DNA from: Smithellaceae bacterium
GTDB taxonomy: Bacteria > Desulfobacterota > Syntrophia > Syntrophales > Smithellaceae
Direction: 5' to 3'
Assembly (NCBI GenBank): GCA_963667845.2
Contig: CAXXVL010000001.1
Span: 64,001-128,000, forward strand
Length of the DNA: 64,000 bases
Shown: in pieces, positions 56,838-64,000 of the stretch
Position numbering within the stretch: the first letter of the stretch is position 1
How the letters are laid out: every line of letters starts with the position of its first letter
Program-made: the position numbers and the translations under genes
The notes under the pieces: model-generated
Databases searched by the model: none
Told to the model about the DNA's origin: nothing
Seen by the model: only the letters and a program-made list of their open reading frames with translations

Positions 56838-57866
56838 TTATGACTCCCGAAATTTGCGGGCCTTTTCTTTCAACGTGCGGAAATATTCCGTCTCCACGAT
56901 TTCCGAAACCTCCCGGGCCTGCCTTTTGCGGTCTATCTTGATTTGCAGTTCCTCTACCTGCCGCTGCAGATTCTTTTCTCTTTCCTGAACTTTCCCGGCC
57001 ATCTGTTGAAAGGCGCGCGACAGGTGCCCCAATTCATCGGTGCGTGCGGAAACGCTTTCCGGCAGCGCGAGATCATAGTTTCCTTTTTCTATGGATGCGG
57101 CTGCGCGCGCGAGATGGGCCAGGGGGTCGGTGACTTTTCTCACGAAAACAAGGGAGGCAATAAACCCGATCACCAGCAGAAAGACCGAAACGATCGCGGC
57201 GATGTAAAAGTTTTCGACCATCGCTTCGTGCGAAACAAGATCATCGAACACCGCCCAGATAATGGAGCCGGCGGTGGCCAGAATGGCGATAATCAGCAAC
57301 GCGGTGATCATCAGGATCGTGCGCGTCTCCAGTGTCAAGGCAATCCTTCTGATCCCAACAAGAACCACCGGCACCAGAACGAAACCATTGACGGCATCCG
57401 TGAGAAATGCCGGCAGAATCCAGGCATGCACCGAGGAGGGGAACGTCATGAAATGAAGAAAGAGAATATCCAGCCCTACGGCGGAGCCGACGCCCAGGGC
57501 ACAGGCCAGGACGATGCTCATCTGCAGGAGGCCGAATTCGCGGACAGTCGTGATGCGGGCAATGCCCGCATAACCGATCAGCCCCGGAATAAGCCCCATC
57601 AAGCCGTTGGCGATATGCCAGTTCCAGAATTTGAATAGACCAAATCCGGAAATGCCGTCCCCGATGATATTGCCCGCGAAACCGGCGATAAAACCCGCCA
57701 GCGGATGACAGACGATTCCCACGATCATGGGCAGGGCAATTTGCGGCCGAAGCGAAATGATCGGCGCGGAGGGCAAAAGAAATATATTGGACAGGCTGTT
57801 GAGTAAGCCGTAAACGACGGCGAAGGCGCATCCGGCGAAGAGGATGTTTCTGGTGCTCGTCCTCAT
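56838..57866 (-). CDS. Membrane protein: ECF S-component-like domain, further TM helices, HAMP and a short conserved-looking tail
   Basis: SLRPQIALP..G....P.AGFIAGF.GN.IGD...W.W..ANGL.G; HAMP TDPL..L..AA..I..G.Y...R.DELG.L..AF..M; tail IKID.....EV.EI.ETEYF..L..KA. Confidence 0.75.
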   Translation of the reverse strand: MRTSTRNILFAGCAFAVVYGLLNSLSNIFLLPSAPIISLRPQIALPMIVGIVCHPLAGFIAGFAGNIIGDGISGFGLFKFWNWHIANGLMGLIPGLIGYAGIARITTVREFGLLQMSIVLACALGVGSAVGLDILFLHFMTFPSSVHAWILPAFLTDAVNGFVLVPVVLVGIRRIALTLETRTILMITALLIIAILATAGSIIWAVFDDLVSHEAMVENFYIAAIVSVFLLVIGFIASLVFVRKVTDPLAHLARAAASIEKGNYDLALPESVSARTDELGHLSRAFQQMAGKVQEREKNLQRQVEELQIKIDRKRQAREVSEIVETEYFRTLKEKARKFRES

Positions 57867-58618
57867 GCCTCGATCCTCCCGATGATTTTATTCATTTCCC
57901 GGGTGTCGGCATGGTCGGGATACTTGAGGCAGAAGATGCCGGCGCTGGCGAGCGTCATCATCTCGTCGGAATGCCTGAGGACACCGGCGACAGCGCAGTC
58001 GTAAGTTGCAGCGATCTTGGCGGCCAGGGCGTCAGGCTCAAAGCCGGCGGGCGTTTTATTGACGATCAAAAACATGCCGGGAACTTCCAGCTGCCGCGCA
58101 ACTTCGACCGTCACAGCCGTGCCCTGGTAATCCTGATGGTCCGGGCGCAGAATGATGAGCAGGATGTCGGCAATGGCAATAGACATTAAAGTCTCTTCGT
58201 TCAGGCCCGGATGGGTGTCAATAAAAAGATAGTCCAGTGCCAGGTGCTTGATCAGCGTTTGATACCCTTCTTTCAGAAGATTGATGTCGTAGCCGTAATG
58301 CAAAACGCGGGCGATGTCGCCCGTGCGAATGCTCGACGGGATCAGGAAAAGTTTTCCGGCCGCCCCGGGAACCAGAACGGCGGATACATCACAGGCGGCG
58401 CGAGCGATTTCGCATTTGCCCCATAAAAAATCATTTAAGGAAAAGGCGATATCCCCGGGGGCGAGGTTGAACAGAACATGAATGCCGGGTGATTGGATGT
58501 CCGTATCGACAATGCCGACGCGTTTGCCTTTTTGCGCGAGCAGGCAGGCCAGATTGGCCGTGGTGTTTGATTTTCCCGTTCCGCCCCGAAATGAATGAAT
58601 CGCGATAATTTTAGGCAT
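57863..58618 (-). CDS. MinD/ParA family ATPase with RGGTGKS P-loop
   Basis: IAIHSFRGGTGKSN, VDTDIQSPG, IDTHPGLNEET, LIVNK; ATGA overlap with the next gene. Confidence 0.9.
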   Translation of the reverse strand: MPKIIAIHSFRGGTGKSNTTANLACLLAQKGKRVGIVDTDIQSPGIHVLFNLAPGDIAFSLNDFLWGKCEIARAACDVSAVLVPGAAGKLFLIPSSIRTGDIARVLHYGYDINLLKEGYQTLIKHLALDYLFIDTHPGLNEETLMSIAIADILLIILRPDHQDYQGTAVTVEVARQLEVPGMFLIVNKTPAGFEPDALAAKIAATYDCAVAGVLRHSDEMMTLASAGIFCLKYPDHADTREMNKIIGRIEA

Positions 58619-58645
58619 GAGATCTTCTCCCAACAGACAGAAGAG

Positions 58646-58674
58646 AGTATAGGAAAGGCCCTGATGCAAGTCAA
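58646..58674 (-). promoter_or_regulatory. Sigma70-like promoter of the MinD-like operon
   Basis: Minus-strand TTGACT-N17-TATACT, 27 nt before the ATG; GGGAGA RBS. Confidence 0.7.
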
Positions 58675-58694
58675 GAATATCTTGGAAAAGAACA

Positions 58695-58778
58695 GTTTTA
58701 AGTCTTAAGTGTTAGGCGTCATCGAAAGTAATACTCATCTCCATTTTTTTAACTTAAATCTTAAATCTTAAAACTTAT
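58695..58778. repeat. Short AT-rich heptamer arrays in inverted orientation
   Basis: AGTTTTA-AGTCTTA-AGTGTTA facing TTAAATC-TTAAATC-TTAAAAC; same family as 38019-38228. Confidence 0.7.
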
Positions 58779-60634
58779 TCTTGCTGCTTTGCACTGTCCC
58801 AGGCGTCGTCATGGACGTTGGGGATCGTTTCGCGGTCGATCGCGAGGAGCTGTTCCTGCAGCTCGATCTGTTCCCGGGTGCTGAAAATATAGGATTCCTG
58901 ATCGTGACGATGCGCCGCCAGTGTGCGCAGCGCCGCTTCGTCGTAGCGGATGAAATTCTGACCGGCGCGCGTGGCGCTGTATTTGCGGAATCCCAGTTTA
59001 ATGAGGACATCAACACCCAGACGCACCGACGTATCGAGCGACTCCCGGTAGATGTCCTCGACGCCCATATCCAGCAGGTCGTATGCGTCGATGCGGCTTT
59101 TCGCGCGCACCATGACCCGGAGATCGGGAAAGGCCTTCTTTATTTTTTCAACCAGGCCAAAGTTGATTTCGGGCGAGTCAATGGCGGCAATCATGATTTT
59201 TGCCCGGTTTGCCCCGGCCGATTTCAAAATGTCCAGACGCGTGGCGTCGCCATAAAAAACCGTAAAGCCCATTTTTCTTAAAAGGTTAACACGATCCGAA
59301 TCATTATCCAGAATGGTCGCGCTGACGCCGTTGGCCCGGAGAAACCGGCCGACCGTGCTGCCGAAATGGCCAAACCCGGCGATGATGACGGGATGTTCTT
59401 CCTCAATGGCATCCGCCTCTTTTCCCCCGGCGGCCTCCCGTATCCCGAACCGCGGCAGAATCAGGCGCTCATTCATCACAAGCAGAAGCGGCGTGATCGT
59501 CATGCTGATGGCCGTGGCGCCCATCATCATGTCCGTCCACTGCACGGATAAAATATGGAGCTGCGCGATAAACGCGAACAGGACAAACGCGAATTCGCCG
59601 ACCTGTCCCAGGCCCAGCGTAAAGATCATGTTCTGGTCGAAACTCAGGCCGGATACTTTGCCGGTTACAAACAGCACGAACGATTTTATGATGATGATTC
59701 CGCCAACCAGGGCCGCAATCTGCAAAGGATTGCCGAGCATCAGTTTGAAGTTGATGGAAGCACCGACCGCGACAAAGAACAATCCCAGCAGAATGCCTTT
59801 AAAGGGTTCGATGTCGCTTTCCAGCTCGTGACGGAATTCGCTGGTTGCCAGAACCAGACCGGCCAAAAAGGTTCCCAGGGCGGGGCTCAACCCTACGAGC
59901 ATCATCAGGTAGGCCGTGCCGATAACGATCAGGAGCGCCGCTGCCGTAAACAATTCCCGGAGCCGGATGCGCGCGATGAAGCGCAGAAAAGGCACAAAGA
60001 CAAAGCGGCCGACGAGCACGACGGCGTTGATGGCGATGAGCAGGGTCAACGTCTGGGCCCAGCCGGGCAATCCCGTCATCCAGGTGGCCGGCTCAGAGGA
60101 GGGCCCTTTGGCGGCGGTAATGGCCAGAAGCGGTAAGAGTGCCAGAATGGGGACGACGGATATATCCTGGAAGAGCAGCACAGCGAAGGAAGCGTTTCCC
60201 GACTCGGTTTTGGTCAAGCCTTTTTCCCGGAGCGTTTGCATGACAATGGCCGTGGACGACATGGAAATCGCAAGGCCGGCTGCCAGTGCCGCCTGCCAGG
60301 TCAATCCGAACATCAGGAGGGCGGCAAAGCTGATCAGGGTCGTCGCGCAAAGTTGCAGGCTCCCCATGCCGAAGATCAGCTTGCGCATTCTCCAGAAGGC
60401 CGTCGGCTCGAGCTCCAGGCCGATGAGAAAGAGCATCATCACTACGCCGAACTCGGCAAAGTGCATGATGTCCTTTCCTTCCGTTCCGATAAAACCCAGA
60501 AAGAAGGGGCCGATGATGATGCCGCCCAGCAGATAGCCCAGGACGGACCCCAACCCCAACTTCTTGGCAATCGGCACAAAGACCACGGCGGTTGCCAGAT
60601 AAATTAAAGCATCCAGGAGGAAGGTGCTGCCCAT
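58775..60634 (-). CDS. CPA2 K+/H+ antiporter, KefB/KefC-like
   Basis: GLGSVLGYL, AEFGVV..LF.IGLEL, LLFQD, HELE.DIEPFKG.LLGLFF, KTN domain IAGFG.FG, YGDATR.D. Confidence 0.93.
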   Translation of the reverse strand: MGSTFLLDALIYLATAVVFVPIAKKLGLGSVLGYLLGGIIIGPFFLGFIGTEGKDIMHFAEFGVVMMLFLIGLELEPTAFWRMRKLIFGMGSLQLCATTLISFAALLMFGLTWQAALAAGLAISMSSTAIVMQTLREKGLTKTESGNASFAVLLFQDISVVPILALLPLLAITAAKGPSSEPATWMTGLPGWAQTLTLLIAINAVVLVGRFVFVPFLRFIARIRLRELFTAAALLIVIGTAYLMMLVGLSPALGTFLAGLVLATSEFRHELESDIEPFKGILLGLFFVAVGASINFKLMLGNPLQIAALVGGIIIIKSFVLFVTGKVSGLSFDQNMIFTLGLGQVGEFAFVLFAFIAQLHILSVQWTDMMMGATAISMTITPLLLVMNERLILPRFGIREAAGGKEADAIEEEHPVIIAGFGHFGSTVGRFLRANGVSATILDNDSDRVNLLRKMGFTVFYGDATRLDILKSAGANRAKIMIAAIDSPEINFGLVEKIKKAFPDLRVMVRAKSRIDAYDLLDMGVEDIYRESLDTSVRLGVDVLIKLGFRKYSATRAGQNFIRYDEAALRTLAAHRHDQESYIFSTREQIELQEQLLAIDRETIPNVHDDAWDSAKQQE

Positions 60635-60642
60635 CGGTTTGT

Positions 60643-61242
60643 TTATCCCTTATTCTCTAAAAGCCAGTCGTTCAGATAATCATAACGACGGATGGATTCG
60701 CTGGCAAGTCCGCCCGTGGTCAGCCTGGCAAGCAATTGATGGTAGAGTTCGACCTCCCGGGCCAGTTGCTGATCCGTCAGCAGGTAGGTGCCGTGGATGA
60801 CCCAGGGAGGCCAATAGGTCATCCGGCACAAAAAGGCAGTCTGCTCGAAGGGAACGAGAAACTCCCGAATGGTAAAACGATTATACTGATTGGCCGCGAA
60901 AGATTCCCGGGTTCCGCCGGCCGTGAGAACATTAAAGACGATTTTATCCTTGAGCGCGTTTTCCGTGCCGCCGTGCGCCCAGCCGTATTCCAGCACCAGA
61001 TCGATCCACTGCCTGAGCATGGCGGGCGCGCTGTACATATAGAAAGGATGATGCCAGAGGATGACCTCATGCCTGAGCAAAAGGTCTTTCTCCCGTTCGA
61101 CATCAATATTGAAATCGGGATACTGTTCATAGAGATCATTCAACGTGACGCCCCTGATCCGATCGACGCCGTTAAGCAAAGCAAGATTGGTCTTTGACTT
61201 TTCAAACCGGGGATGTGCAAAAAGGATGAGAACGTTGTTCAT
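60643..61242 (-). CDS. KefG/KefF-like NAD(P)H oxidoreductase (flavodoxin-like)
   Basis: LILFAHP, DLYEQYPDF.IDV, HPFYMYSAP..L.QWID.V; next to the kefB-like gene. Confidence 0.9.
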   Translation of the reverse strand: MNNVLILFAHPRFEKSKTNLALLNGVDRIRGVTLNDLYEQYPDFNIDVEREKDLLLRHEVILWHHPFYMYSAPAMLRQWIDLVLEYGWAHGGTENALKDKIVFNVLTAGGTRESFAANQYNRFTIREFLVPFEQTAFLCRMTYWPPWVIHGTYLLTDQQLAREVELYHQLLARLTTGGLASESIRRYDYLNDWLLENKG

Positions 61243-61559
61243 GAGCATTCCCTAAATCACCGTGGCGGCTTTAAAAGATCTGTTCTTTGTTATTCCGGGT
61301 TGGCACCTGCCCCTTTTGGCGGGATGCGCGGGAACGACACCTTTAAAAGTATTGTATCGACGAATATTCATTGCCTTTCAAGGATCAGCTTCGGCCAGGG
61401 GAAGGCGCCCGGGACGCAAATGAAAGTGCGCTTCCGACACCGGCGATCCCCTCACGGGGGCAAGGCCCAGCCGACAAAGCCAGCCGGCAAATGCAATTTG
61501 ATATTACAATTCTTCCTCTTTGGCGATCTGCGACCACCTGCGGGTGGCAAGACCACTCC

Positions 61560-61907
61560 CTATAGCTCTTCTTCCTTAACGATCTCGGTCTTAATCAGCC
61601 CGATGAGTTCCTGAAATACCGGCAGAATGTCTTTGCGAAATCTGCCGGCCACGCAGACAAACATGATATCATCGCCGACCTTCAGTTGGCCTTCGTTGAT
61701 CCATGCCCGGATATCCACGATGCCTTCGGTCTGTTTAAACCGGTGCACGGCCGCGCTCAGCGCTTCGCGGTCATAGGAAAGCTTCATACCGCCCACGGGT
61801 TGCCCCTGTTTGGACGATGCCCGCACAATGCCGTTATGCACGAGAATCATTCCGAGCCCCTCCGGCGGACAGTCCCTTTTTATTTCTTTAATCCATTCTT
61901 CAACCAT
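61560..61907 (-). CDS. moaE: Molybdopterin synthase catalytic subunit MoaE-like protein
   Basis: GMILVHNGIVR, G.LKVGDDIM.V.VAGRFR, KEE; GGAGG RBS. Confidence 0.82.
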   Translation of the reverse strand: MVEEWIKEIKRDCPPEGLGMILVHNGIVRASSKQGQPVGGMKLSYDREALSAAVHRFKQTEGIVDIRAWINEGQLKVGDDIMFVCVAGRFRKDILPVFQELIGLIKTEIVKEEEL

Positions 61908-62463
61908 GAAGACCTCCGGGCTCTCCGGTGTCGGACGCGTCGCTTTTAGAGGCGGCGAGCTCAGTAAGTTTTGCGGAAATCCTTGCGGCCAGCGCCCGAA
62001 GCAGCGTCGAGTCCATATCCGGCAGATAACGTTCGGGGGAGGCGTCGCCGTTATTCCAGGTTCCGATGATCTCGCCGTCAAGCGCGAGGGGTACAATGGC
62101 CACCGACCGCGCAAAATATTTTCTCGCAGGCGGCATCAGCCGGTAAAAGGGCTGCAAATCGCTGTTGGCCAGAACAGGTTTCATCCCATCCTGCAGCAGC
62201 TTTGCCAGCAGTTCCCGCGGGACGATGCTCAGTCTGCTTTTTAAGATGTTCGACGATTGCGCGGAGGCGATCAGCGGCGCCGCTTTTTCGTGATCGGTGA
62301 GCGTGAGCCAGACAAAGGGAACGTCAAATTCTTTTTCGATCCCGGCCAGCAGACTTTCCAGGAGCGCGGCCGGGGTTTCGGCGGATGCGATGCCGGCTTC
62401 AATCCTTCCGAAGCGTGCGGCGATTTCTTCGTTGATGCGTTTAATATCTTCTTCGTTAATCAT
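61900..62463 (-). CDS. GAF-like protein (DUF484-like)
   Basis: RINEEI..RF, RSVAIVPL..DG.IIG..N.GD....RY; TAATG-coupled to xth. Confidence 0.7.
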   Translation of the reverse strand: MINEEDIKRINEEIAARFGRIEAGIASAETPAALLESLLAGIEKEFDVPFVWLTLTDHEKAAPLIASAQSSNILKSRLSIVPRELLAKLLQDGMKPVLANSDLQPFYRLMPPARKYFARSVAIVPLALDGEIIGTWNNGDASPERYLPDMDSTLLRALAARISAKLTELAASKSDASDTGEPGGLHG

Positions 62464-63260
62464 TACAATTTCCCTTCCCACTCTGCATAAATCACCGCAT
62501 GATCCGATGGTCGCTCGGCGAGCCGCGTCTGCATGTCGATCGTGCACCGGCTGGAACGGACCGCCAGCGGTTTCGTTGCCAGGATGTGGTCCACCCGCCA
62601 CCCCATATTGCGGCCGACCGAATCGCGGACGCGGTAATCAAAAAATGTATACTGGCCCGGTTCATCGGGATGATGTTTGCGAAACACATCCGTAAGCCCC
62701 CAGGACCGGACATCCTCATATGCCTTCCAGACCTCAGGATTGAAGGACACATGACCCAGAATCCGTTTGGGGTCGTGGACGTCCATCTGCTCGGGTGCGA
62801 CGTTGAAATCGCCGCACAGGATTAATTTTTGATCCGGCTTGAATTTTTTTTGCAGATATTTTTTCAGCCGGGCAAGCCATTCCAGTTTATAGGCAAATTG
62901 CGGCCGGTCGACCTTTTGTCCCTGCGGAACATAGGCGTTCAGGATATTCAGGTCGCCGATCTGCGCCCAGATCAGCCGGTCCGGGTCTGCCGGGTCGTCG
63001 GGCAGGCCGAATGTAATTTTTTGCGGTTTTTGCCGGGAGGCGATCGCCACGCCGTTGTATTGCTTATTGCCGCGGTAGGCCACAGCATAGCCCGCGGCCT
63101 CAAATTCGGCGGCAGGAAACTGGGCGTCGTCAACTTTCGTCTCCTGCATGCAGAGAATGTCCGGCTGATTGTTTTGCAGCCAGGGCAAAACAATATGCAG
63201 ACGGGAGCGGATCGAGTTCACATTGTAGGAGGCAATCTTCAAATTCGGTAACCCTTTCAT
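62463..63260 (-). CDS. xth: Exodeoxyribonuclease III (start codon uncertain)
   Basis: IASYNVNSIR, CMQETK, YNGVAI, YVPQG, GDFNVAP, YTFFDYR, GWRVDH, PSDHA. Confidence 0.95.
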   Translation of the reverse strand: MKGLPNLKIASYNVNSIRSRLHIVLPWLQNNQPDILCMQETKVDDAQFPAAEFEAAGYAVAYRGNKQYNGVAIASRQKPQKITFGLPDDPADPDRLIWAQIGDLNILNAYVPQGQKVDRPQFAYKLEWLARLKKYLQKKFKPDQKLILCGDFNVAPEQMDVHDPKRILGHVSFNPEVWKAYEDVRSWGLTDVFRKHHPDEPGQYTFFDYRVRDSVGRNMGWRVDHILATKPLAVRSSRCTIDMQTRLAERPSDHAVIYAEWEGKL

Positions 63261-63390
63261 CCTTTGCGCCATTATTACCATGACCGGCGACTGCGCTCAA
63301 GAATTTTTGCGGCCGTTCCCAAAAGCGGTCATTCCGGGATTGAGGGAAAATAATAGCGGCGGAAGCCTCAGGTGCGGAAGCGTATGCTCA

Positions 63391-64000
63391 TTACAGCCAT
63401 TGATTGGGCTTTGCCAGCCGGCCGGGAATTTCCAGCCGATCCAGGCCTCCGGTTTGCAGCCAGCGCCTGGTGCTTTCAAAGGCCTGGGTCATGTACTGGG
63501 CCGTCCCGGATAAATCATAAAAAGAACGGCCGGCCGTGTAAACGGGCGGGACAATATGGATCAGCATATCGTTTTGGTAGGTGTCGACATCCCGAAGAAA
63601 CTGATAGCCGATCAGGAGATTCAAGGAATGGGCAAAAGTATCAATGATTCCCGAAGGCGCCCGATCCAGCGTTTTGGGATAGCCGGCGGGGAGGACAAAT
63701 ATTTCCTGCGCGCCGTATTGCGCAGCAACCGACAGCGGTGCATTGCCCGAAATGCCGCCGTCAATCAGGAAACGTCCGGCAATTTCCACGGGCGGATAAA
63801 TGCCGGGCAATGCCGTGCTGGCCAGAACGGCCCGAACAACATTCCCTGAGGTCAGCACAACCTGCTCGCCCGTCATCAAGTCCGTGGCCGTGATCAGACA
63901 GGTGAGGAGGGCATCGGCAAGCGTTGTATACTGAATATTTCGCGCAATCAGACTTTTCAACCCCCGGGGCGAAACCAGAAAGTTCCTTTTCCTGATGACA
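63391..64000 (-). CDS. Patatin-like phospholipase, 5' end outside the window
   Basis: ATDL.TGE, AVLASTALPGIYPPV, LIDGG. Confidence 0.85.
   Translation of the reverse strand, partial: VIRKRNFLVSPRGLKSLIARNIQYTTLADALLTCLITATDLMTGEQVVLTSGNVVRAVLASTALPGIYPPVEIAGRFLIDGGISGNAPLSVAAQYGAQEIFVLPAGYPKTLDRAPSGIIDTFAHSLNLLIGYQFLRDVDTYQNDMLIHIVPPVYTAGRSFYDLSGTAQYMTQAFESTRRWLQTGGLDRLEIPGRLAKPNQWL

Noticed and set aside
61395..61490. c-di-GMP-I riboswitch suggested by GGGACGCAAA
   Set aside because: The GCAAAC/GNRA P1 stem and P2 are missing, and it is on the opposite strand to the nearby genes.
390..63849. Many long antisense or overlapping ORFs in the track (e.g. 390-1856 -, 7511-8509 +, 21798-22871 -, 33717-34886 -)
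   Set aside because: They shadow well-supported genes in GC-rich DNA and show no recognisable motifs.
1..64000. tRNA or rRNA genes
   Set aside because: None recognised by eye; tRNAscan and Rfam were not run.

Overview
About 64 kb of chromosomal DNA from an anaerobic Desulfobacterota/Syntrophales-like bacterium (inferred from gene content). Housekeeping and metabolic genes: PPDK-like dikinase, divergent GAPDH, PPi-type PFK, acyl-CoA dehydrogenase, enoyl-CoA hydratase, paaK, a yitJ-like methionine enzyme, cyclic beta-1,2-glucan synthase, kup, kefB/kefG-like, moaE and xth. Main points of interest: (1) a mercury-methylation hgcAB pair directly behind a Cys-rich MarR regulator, with a palindrome over the promoter -10; (2) a four-gene minus-strand operon I do not recognise: a MinD-like ATPase with an RGGxGKS P-loop, an ECF S-component-like membrane domain fused to HAMP, a Zn-dehydrogenase split by a 1-nt frameshift, and an 847-aa protein with a divergent SAH-hydrolase-like fold; (3) a ~2.1 kb element with two tyrosine recombinases, inverted ends and a TTCCTGC direct repeat; (4) two attC-like sites with no integron integrase in the window; (5) an AT-rich oxidoreductase/radical SAM/GT2 islet; (6) several intergenic repeat and hairpin families. 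All calls come from reading motifs by eye; no database searches were run.
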